Source: Auanema rhodensis (Eukaryota > Animalia > Nematoda). From it: a DNA stretch of 64,000 nt. The first letter of the stretch is position 1. Every line of letters begins with the position of its first letter. A program made the position numbers and the translations under genes. The stretch lies in NCBI GenBank assembly GCA_964057225.1, contig OZ059899.1:4774001-4838000 (forward strand), given 5' to 3'. The notes under the pieces were generated by a model, which did not search any database, was not told the DNA's origin, and saw only the letters and a list, made by a program, of their open reading frames with translations. Positions 54,401 to 64,000 of the stretch are shown here, piece by piece.

Positions 54401-57400
54401 AATCAAATGAATGTGTAAAGACAATTAAGACTTTCATACATACCATTTTACTGAATTCTTCATCCTCTTCTTCGATCTCTTCATCTGATGGTTTAAATGC
54501 AGCATGCTCTAAACTTTCGGCGAGCTTTTTCATGCATTTCTTAAACGAAAAAAAGAAATAGAAAACAGAACAGACTATATACCATAATAACGCTCCTTCT
54601 GGACTCCTCTAACAAACGATCAGAAAGTTCTTTCTCGAAATAAGGGATTAACATGCCTTCCAAGGCTAATCTTACAGCCCGTTCACGAATTTCATTCCAA
54701 CCTTCAACAAGCTCACTGTATTCGTCCTAAAATTGCAAAATGATTCTGATATAATAGCTGGTAAACAAACCTTTTTAAAAGGTCCATCGGATAAAATTCT
54801 ATCAACCAGTGTGCCATTCGACTCTTTGTCATATGCAGTGTCACAAGAAAGGGTGTATAGCATGTTGCCCTGATCTTTCATGAGTTTAAAATATAAAAAA
54901 TCTTCATATTCCAGATCACGTATATCTTTTTCTTTCAAATATCTGGAACAAAATCAAGCTAATTTGTATATGCGAAACGATAGTTAAACCTATGATTCCA
55001 CAATTGATGAGTATCATCCATTTGCTCCCTACCCTGTTTAGTAGGTCTGGCATTAATCTTTACTCGCCGCCGATATAAAGTTCGTACTCTACTTCGAACC
55101 TTAAAGAATTCAATAAATCAGATAAAATCGGTACACAATAGCAACAAACCAATGGCTCACAACTAATTTCTTTAGCCATCATATACACAGCACCGTTAAC
55201 AACATCATCAATAGATGGAAACGCATTTGTGATATAATCCTCTGCAGCTTTGAGCACCGGTGTCTACAGAAAGTTGGAATTAGCTATGAAATAAGATGCA
55301 TCAAATAATACCGGATCCTGATTAACATCATGCTTTTTCCAATCAAGATTTTCAGCAAACTGACGCGAAGTCAAACCAAACCGAGAAACCATATCTCCAA
55401 TACCGCATTCAATACATAGCTATTAATACTAATAATGACTTAATAAGCAATCAATACGATTACCTGGTATTTATCACTACGTAAGCATTGTTTGAAGCGA
55501 GTTGCAAGTGTTCCTATCTCATCTCCCTCAGTCTGAATTAGTGGTTAAGATGAATACTTTAATGTTATGGAGTATACCTGTCGACTTCTTTCCCATTCTT
55601 GCATTCTAGCAATGTCTGGGCCATAATAAAGTTGGAACTTAGAATGAGCATCCGCTAAAGCTTCAGAAGTATCCACAGAATATACCCTGCATATTAGAGC
55701 ATGATTAAAACCATTTTTAAAGAAAAGTGTGAATACTCAATGATGTCAGCTTCAGTTAGTGGTCTTCTGGACAAAGGTTCTCCATCCAATAAATAGCTCT
55801 GCATACGTTTCATCAATTCAATAAGCTAAGATAGAGATTTAACTTAATGCTTTGAAACCTTTTAAGAAAATACCTTCTCTTTTCTTCCCTGCAGATGGCA
55901 CCATTTTTCATCATATTCATAAATTCTCCAAAGTTCTCTTATATCAAAGACAGAGCCCACAGATTCTTTACGATAGAAAGCTATGAAAGGAACCTAATGA
56001 AGTGAAACAGAAATAAGTAGTATATAAAGAAAAAACCCTACTTCGAACAACTGATTTCTGATAAATTTGAGAACTTCTTTAATTGTATAAATAGATTTCT
56101 CCTCCCTTTCAACTCGCTCCATTTCATTTATATCTTTCAAATAAGAAGGAGTTTTTGGTTCCTCAACAAATCAAAAAAGTTTAATTGTAAAAAATATGTA
56201 ACAAAAATACCTGTCTTGATAGCATATCTTCATCTGTGAATGCATAACGGAATATCCACTTGGCTTCTAGTTCTAATTCCGTTTCTGTAGCTTCAGTAAC
56301 AGGAGTTTTACGAAGTTGGAATCTAAAATTTAAAAAAAAACGTTGTGAAGTTCCAGAACAAAGCAATAATACCTCTCAGGTTTATCTTCTAATTGAATTT
56401 TTTTGTCCCGAGGAGCCAAAAATCCTTTCTCTAATTCAACAGGCTCCATTGTATCAAGTAAAGTACTTTTTTTCGTTTCTTTACGAACTCTTCGTATCTT
56501 TAATAATATAAAAACTTTTTTCAAGAAAAATTAGTAAAGACATACTCTTTCGCCATCTTCATCTACAATTTCGTCTTCTTCATCTTCAAACTGATCTTCA
56601 TCTTCATCGTAAAAATCATCCAAATTAAAATCTTCTACTCCGAAAATTTCACGAGCTTCATCCAAAGCTCTTAAAAATGAAAATAATTAGTGAATAAATA
56701 CTAAATAGAAAAATACTTACCCTTCTGGTACATTCAAATCTCGCCGTTTAGATTTTTTATAAAATGGTTTTTCACCGTCTTCATTTACAATGAAATCATT
56801 TTCTAAAAAAACAAAAATACAAAAACTGAACTAGTTAATAGACTTACCACTCTGTTCAGAGTCGGAATATTCGTCTCTATCTTCATACCGTTCTTCACGT
56901 CGGGGACGAGGATCACTTGAAGGGCCATCATCATACTAACCAAGTTAAATATTAATAAAATTAAACTAAAACGACTACCCCAGAAAAAATATTTTTGCCA
57001 ATTTTAACTTTATCTGAAACATCATTGTCATCCTGTTCATCATCGGACTCTATCCTTGCTTTAACAGTTTTGGATCTCTCCGGAAGATTTAGATTTTCCT
57101 AAATTCAAATGAGTTTACATGGTAGATTTAAATATGTATCCTACATCAATCAAATCTAAATCATCTTGATCTAACTCTTCTTCTTCTTCAGATTTTTCTG
57201 ATTTATCATCTTCTTCTTCTGGTTCGTCCTAAAAACTTTTATATCACGCATATCTTTTTTCTTAATAGCAACCTCATCGGCAATGAACCCCTTCATTTCC
57301 TCATCAACCTCTTCTTCCTCATCATCATCTTCATCACTAAAATTGTTTTTCCCAATCAAAAATTTCAACTTTCCAATTTTCATTTTTCAAAATTTAAATA

Positions 57401-57542
57401 CGTGCCTACTCTGCACAACTCTAGAAGGTTTCCTTTTTTTGTCTTTCTTCTTTTGCATTTTTGCCTTTTTAGCTCTAGGCTGTTGATCATCTGATGAATC
57501 TGATCCGTCAGATTCTATTGCTTGGTGTTGAATAAAGTCCAT
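51424..57542 (-). CDS. emb-5: Transcription elongation factor / histone chaperone SPT6 (EMB-5); more than 30 exons; 3' end possibly alternatively spliced
   Basis: Acidic N-terminus [12 protein letters not shown]; [11 protein letters not shown]; [11 protein letters not shown]; [16 protein letters not shown]; [21 protein letters not shown]; [14 protein letters not shown]; tandem SH2 domains ([33 protein letters not shown]). Confidence 0.95.
52972..53020 (-). other. emb-5: Non-canonical GT-GG intron in emb-5 (49 nt)
   Basis: ...TCT CAA GAG|gtttgttgattttaaattgggtgaatattttttataattataattttgg|GAT CTG TTT TCC TTA CTG...; the intron contains no AG dinucleotide. Confidence 0.6.
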
Positions 57543-57819
57543 TCTATATTAAAAATGTTAAAATAATAAAGGACACAAATTCATAAGTTTAGTGATGATG
57601 AACAGGGTTATATTAGAAATCTTTCGAGCAGCATTGCAGCACTTCATATAAGCAAAGCGCAGACAACGAGGCACTCCTAGAGAGTGTACAGCACGCAGAG
57701 GGTCTAGAGAAGAAGGTTTGGTCGATAGTGGAGCGCGCTCTGCACAACGGGGGAAGGAGAGAGAGCACAAAGTGAGTATCGGAGAGTCGGAGAATTCGTC
57801 GAATACACAACTGGAGTAT
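57543..57819. promoter_or_regulatory. Compact divergent promoter region between emb-5 and acy-1
   Basis: The two start codons face away from each other 277 bp apart. The interval is GC-richer than background and contains GTGGAGCGCGCTCTGCA. Confidence 0.55.
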
Positions 57820-60800
57820 ATGGAGGAAGAGCCTGGTGAGCGGACCCCTGCTTTAGGGGGTCAAAAAGCTCCAGATCGTCCGTCCAGAGTACCGTCCATG
57901 CGTGGATCATCACCTCGACGACTACCACTCTTTGAACGTGCTTCTTCCCGTTGGTGGAATCCGCAATTCCGATCGCCCAGTTTGGAAGCGCAGTATTGGA
58001 AATGCTCCTTTTCACAGCTCAGGGACCGTTTTCGTTCCGGATTAATCTATATTTCCTTCGTCTGCGTAGCCTGGGCTATCTATTTGGCCATATTTAATAG
58101 AGCTAGTATTCATCATTGGGTAAGTGCAAATTTCGATTAAATCTAGCTTCCGTACACTATTAGCCGACGACATGCTTAACGTATTTTGATTGTTATTGAT
58201 AGGACACAGCTGCTTACAATTTGCATCACACATGCATTCTTAGAAGCTGCACAAAAACAAATGCTGACTTAAACTAAATATAAAAGAACAAAACATTACT
58301 GATAAAAATTATATCATAAGTGATTGATATTGAGCAAAATTCAAACATAATACAAATAAATAGTTTGAGACAATATGCTCTATTGATAACCTTCTATGCA
58401 TATAATCCTTTTAAACAGAATACTATAAAAATCTAAAAATAAACTACTCTTATTAATAAGGAATACGATCTATTTTTGATACAAAGCATGTACTAAGCTG
58501 AGTTTCCTAAATCAATATGTTAATAGTATATTATCTATTGTTAAAGTTTTCCTCCAAAAATTAACGGAATATGAATATATAAAAAATAATATAGAATAAA
58601 AGTTATATAAACGTATAATATATTATATAATGGTATACATATTGCAGATAACTGTGGTAGCTTTAATATCAACATGCTGCCTGATGCTTGTATTTACTAT
58701 GTTCTCAACACAATATCAAAGATTCTATATGCCAACTTCTTTTCTCTGTACTTTCATAATATCGTTGGTCACACTACTAATATTTTCGGCAGGGTCGGCT
58801 GATGCCTTTATGACCCCTGTGGCTAGTTTAGTAACAAGTTTCCAGGTTTGTTTCGGCTTAGAACACGATATCAACATAGTTATTCTATAGGTTGTAATGT
58901 TGATTTACACAGTTATACCATTACCTCTCTATCTTTGCATAATTATTGGAATGATATACTCAGTTCTTTTTGAAACCCTTAGTAGTAGTAATCACAGTTT
59001 CGACAACATACCATATATAAAGCTGGTGTTGCATTTTGGAGTTCATCTGCTTGGGGTTCATCTGTTTATTCTGACCCAGGTATAAAAATAGACACAAAAG
59101 AAAAACCTAATTACTTATTTTATAGGTTCGCCAGAGAAAAACATTTTTAAAAGTGGGACAATCACTTTTGGCTCGTAAAGATTTAGAACTTGAAACACAG
59201 TTTAAAGATCATATGATTCAATCTGTTATGCCTAAAAAGGTAATAAAGTATCTTTTTATGTAGTTTTACCATCATATTTGTAGGTTGCTGATGAATTATT
59301 GAAAGATGCTTCTGAACTACGCCGTCCATCTGCAAGTCAAGGATCTCATTGCCGAACAAGTAACGGAACTTCCAATGGTGCAAATGAAGATGCAGGTACA
59401 GAATTATTTGAATATCGTTGTTATTATGTTCAAATTTCTAGGCACAATCGTGTTGCCGAATTCCGTGCCTGGGCATCGTAAATTCCGTCCTTTCACTATG
59501 AATCTAATGACTAATGTGTCCATTCTGTTCGCTGATATTGCTGGATTCACTAAAATGAGTTCAAATAAGAGTGCCGACGAGCTTGTGAATTTGCTAAACG
59601 ACCTCTTCGGAAGGTATAGTGGTGTATCAAGCACATACGTTTATATATATCAATATCGGAATAGGGTCATAATTTCGTGTACATTGTACTTTTTATAGAT
59701 TTGATCATCTTTGTCGCCTTTGTGGTTTAGAAAAGATCAGTACGCTTGGTTTGCGAATAAAAGGAAAAAATAAAAAAACGGTTTCATGTTCAGGCGATTG
59801 TTATTATTGTGTTGCTGGTTGTCCGGAGCCATGTGATGATCATGCAAAGAGGACAGTGGAAATGGGATTAGAGATGATTACAGCTATTCAGCAGTTTGAT
59901 ATAGATAGAGGGCAAGAAGTTAACATGCGAGTTGGTATTCACACGGGAAAGGTATTCATCGTTTTCAAAATATTTGTGAAATCCTAATGATGAACTAATT
60001 TAGGTTATGTGTGGTATGGTTGGAACGAAAAGGTTCAAATTCGATGTGTTCTCAAATGATGTTACACTGGCTAACGAGATGGAATCCAGTGGTTTGTTCC
60101 CATGAGTCAAATAGAGCTTTCAAATTCGTAATTAGGTGTTGCGGGGCGAGTCCATATTTCGGAAGCTACAGCCAAATTTCTGATGGATGGGGATTACATA
60201 CTCGAACAAGCTGATGATTACTCAGGTTTGCCTTTAATATATAGATGTTACAATAAGAATCTTATTGACTTGGTGATGCTCTCGATGTTACTTGAGATTT
60301 ATTGCATTTGGAGAGCGTTTTCTGTTCCAATAGGAATATTTCTATCTAATGTTATGGATTCGAAAAATCTAATTGCGTTTCAGGGCCTTATCGAATGCAA
60401 GTGCAAGGAACGGAGCGAAGAGTTAAACCGGAAAGCATGAAGACTTACTTCATCAAATGTAGAGCATCGGAAGTCGAAGAGCCAGTGAAAGTAACAACTG
60501 TGACTGAAACTCAATCGGGACTCTCCAAAAATGGCTCGTTCAAAAAAATGACACTCAAGCAGGTTGAGATAGTATATGATACTCGTTATAACAAAATACT
60601 TATATAGAAATTGGCTGGAAAACTGAAAATGTCTCATACTAATTCCTACCCCGTTCGAACCAGCAATGGTGGATCTCTCCGGATGAAGTTAGCTGAGAGA
60701 AATCGTTCAACTCAACTTCTGGCCAAGGAGGTTTTTTTCATGGAAGATTCATGAATTATTATGTGTTTGTGTTTAGTCAAATTCAATTTGTGTTATGGAG

Positions 60801-63724
60801 GACAACAGGAAGTCGGCTTCTTTGCAAGCGTTAGCTACAAACGCCTTCCATGGTATTATAGAAGAAAACAATCCATCTTTTGAAAATTCGAAAACTGCAG
60901 GGAGCAACACAGAAACTCGTAACTCATATGCAGAAGATTTGTGCGAAAGAGCCGTTCCTGGAAGCATTAGTGGTAGTAACAGTATGAGAGGTTCTAGAAG
61001 TAGTGGTCTTCAAGTATGTCTTGAAAAGTCAAGAGCTCCATAACTTCAACTATTTTAGGCTTCGATACATGAAGCCAATTCTGATCTCAATAGTGTTGGA
61101 GGCTTAGATACAGCTATTTCTCATCATCATAACGCAGCCTCATTAACAAGGTTCAAATGGCATCTTCAAAAGTTAATATTGTCATATAATTAAAGATTTG
61201 ATACGGATAATAAGGATTTCGATCAACGACTTGCCATGGTTATTTCTCAAGGGGAAAATAGTTTCGACAAAGGTTTCTGGGGGCACCATCACAGTCTAAA
61301 TAAGTGGACCTTGAATTTTAATGAAAAGGTATTCTGTGTTCCAAAGATATAAACTCTTACTTGTTTTTTATTTCAGGAAGTTGAAGATGAATACAGAAAC
61401 CATTTTGCTGATTCTGCTGAACGTGGTAGCGGAATTCAAAACAATTCCATTAGAAGACATCAGGTTTCTTTTTTTAATTTTTTTATTTCATTAATACTTT
61501 ATAGGACCTTGCCCGCATCAATGATTCGTCATCAACACCACAATATAGATATTCAGGAGTTTTTATAGGTTTGAAAAAAATGTATCTGTCTAATAACTTT
61601 CACTGTTTTAGATATAATTGTAGCTTCGATGATTTTCCTTGTAGCTTCAGTTGTTGTATTTATGTCTGCAAGTGAAATAACTGCTCGTTCAGTGATATAC
61701 TTTGGTGTGGCCCTCATGCTTATTATTGCTTCAGTAGGCTTCATTGGTAAGTTTTCACTTATAGGGTTTATTTTCTTTAATTTCAATTCAAGGTATTCCC
61801 TTGCTTAGTCGAAAACCTGTTATGCCGTGGTTGAATTCGTGGAAATCTCGCCATTTAATTGGTAAGACTGACTGACATGCCATTTATTCATAAAGGTGTT
61901 TTTAGGATCTATTTTAATGGGCCTCTCAGTAGGAATTGCTATCTGTATGGTTCCATTATGCATTTATGAAATGTGCTCTTTCGACATTCTTGTTTCGATG
62001 CTCGATCAAAGACTAGTCTTTTCATACATCATCACTCTTTCCTTATTTGCTCACTGCAACTTTTCTCAGTTGGCTGCTTGGCCCAAGACTGTTCAGGTTT
62101 TTATATTATATTCATATAAGTTTAATGAAAACAATTTTTAGTGTGGCATTATTGGTCTTTTCCATGCTGCTGTTGTGTTCTACTGTCAACACAATATCCA
62201 CGAGAATCTGGTAAAAACTTATAAATGATTTATAAGTACAAATGCTTTTCTAGGAAACTGGAGCTTGTACTAACAATACCGTTCCTCTCAACACAGTAAA
62301 CGTGAAAAATGATACTGAACGTCTTCTGTTATCTCCACTTTTCCTGTGGGAAATAATGCTTGATGTTGTGCTTTCAATCATTTTGGTCGGATTTTTGAAT
62401 TATCAGGTTTATTATTCCTATTTTCGTTCTTATTTTTTATTTTTTCAGTTTGAAGCTGCTTTCCGTATGTCTTTCTTCGGTGATATTCAGGCTAAAAGAG
62501 ATACTCACCGAATGCAGGTGATTATGAAAAAAATCAATTTTAACTTGAATTATTTGTTATTTTTTTTAGATTGTGCGTGATCAAGCTGATTGGCTATTAA
62601 ATAACATTATCCCAGCACATGCGGTTGAAACCTTGAAAACTGACACCAAATACAGGTATGTTTTTAAAATTTTTCTCTATAATTTTATAAAATGGTTCCT
62701 AAAATTTGGAAATCTTATGATTTTCTAAAGAAAACGCTAGAATGGCTAAAAATAGCCAGGTGAAGTGACGTGTCAGCTACTTGTTTCTTACGCCTCCTTG
62801 AATAATTTGTTATTTTCGTTTCAAATAAACTTTTTTGCATTTACAATTTTTAGCTATTTTTAACTTTTTTATTCTAGTGAAAATCATGAATCTACTGCAG
62901 TTTTATTTGCTTCAATTACGAATTGGAATGATATGTATGAAGAAAATTTTGAAGGTGGAAGAGAATTTTTGCGTGTTTTGAATGAGGTGAGTTATTAAAG
63001 CATTTGAGGATTTTATAGATGTACTTACTGTACAGGTTATTGGAGACTTCGATGAACTTCTTGATCGTCCTGAGTTTTGTCATATCGAAAAGATTAAGGT
63101 ACATTGTTAAAATGAAATTGTAAAATATTTGTTTGCTTCAGACAATTGGTGCATCTTATATGGCAGCCAGTGGATTGAATCCAGAACAAAAAAGAAATAT
63201 GAAACATCCTAAAGAACATCTGTATCAAGTACTTTTCTCTTGTTATTGTCGTGAAACGATTATTATTCTTTATAGATGGTGGAATTTGCATTAGCTATTC
63301 AGCATGCCTTGAGCGTTTTTAATGAGGATCTTCTCAATTTCGACTTTGTTTGCAAGCTTGGACTGAATATAGGTTTAAGAGATTTCTCTGTAAACTAAAT
63401 TGTAGCATACCTTAATTCAGGTCCTGTCACTGCTGGTGTTATTGGTACAACCAAACTGTATTATGATATTTGGGGTGATACTGTTAACATAGCCTCCCGA
63501 ATGTATAGCACTGGCGTACTGAATCGAATTCAAGTAAATTAACTTCTATATGATAACTTCATAACTTCTATATACACATAAATTTATAGGTTTCACAGCA
63601 CACTAAAGATATATTGATGGATCGTTACGATTTTGAGTATCGAGATCATATAGAAGTTAAAGGTATTGATGGTGGTATGGATACCTACCTATTAGTCGGA
63701 AGAAAGCCCGAACAATCAGCGTAA
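57820..63724 (+). CDS. acy-1: Transmembrane adenylyl cyclase, ADCY9 type; about 30 exons
   Basis: [14 protein letters not shown]...[14 protein letters not shown]; C1 domain [61 protein letters not shown]; C2 domain [42 protein letters not shown]; TAA at 63722-63724. Confidence 0.96.
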
Positions 63725-63875
63725 TACTATGTATTCATTAATAGAAAAATCTAAAACTAATCTTCAAATCTAAACCTAAAACTAATCTTCAAACTTAATA
63801 TGTTTTAATTTGCATAGTTTAGAATGTTTGCATTTTTTTAACGCTTTACGAAATTAAGTTTTGCTTGCCATAGAT

Positions 63876-63886
63876 AGCTACGGGTA
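63876..63886 (+). promoter_or_regulatory. miR-51/miR-100-family site (AGCTACGGGTA) in the acy-1 3'UTR
   Basis: Reverse complement of UACCCGUAGCU; lies about 150 nt after the stop and upstream of AATAAA at 63981. Confidence 0.45.
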
Positions 63887-64000
63887 GAATTTAGCATAAT
63901 TTTGCAAAAAGTTGTATCTCTTGCTGAAGCTTTATTGCATTTCTATTGTGACCTCATAATATAGTACACAGTAGTTCTAAAATAAAAATTTTTATTCTTT

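Noticed and set aside
57718-57819. N-terminal extension of ACY-1 implied by the ORF track
   Set aside because: It starts at TTG; homology begins at the ATG at 57820.
63753-63794. Short direct repeat AAAACTAATCTTCAAA x2 in the acy-1 3'UTR
   Set aside because: Simple local duplication with no spacer array or other structure.

Overview
AT-rich, intron-dense nematode genomic DNA, probably a rhabditid (clade V); the species cannot be fixed from sequence alone. Most introns are about 41-50 nt and many ATGs have an upstream trans-splice-type AG acceptor. I reconstructed ten intron-split genes by hand: a class-A neuropeptide-type GPCR (+), sel-2/neurobeachin (-) with mab-21 (+) nested in its largest intron, a divergent beta-catenin matching WRM-1 (+), an orphan secreted 4-Cys pro-protein (-), a secreted ShKT-nitrobindin protein (+), a TXNDC17-type thioredoxin (+), dgk-3 (+), emb-5/SPT6 (-) and acy-1 (+). 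The first ~10 kb and the 7.6 kb between sel-2 and wrm-1 contain no recognisable genes. The most unusual signal is in splicing. Two conserved genes (dgk-3, emb-5) each need a GT...GG intron ending in the same context, ATTTTGG|GAT, to keep conserved residues in frame. Five GC-AG introns and two GAG acceptors also occur among roughly 170 introns. Other leads are miR-35 and miR-51/100 8-mer sites in 3'UTRs and several structured non-coding elements. Homology calls come from recalled protein sequences, not from database searches.
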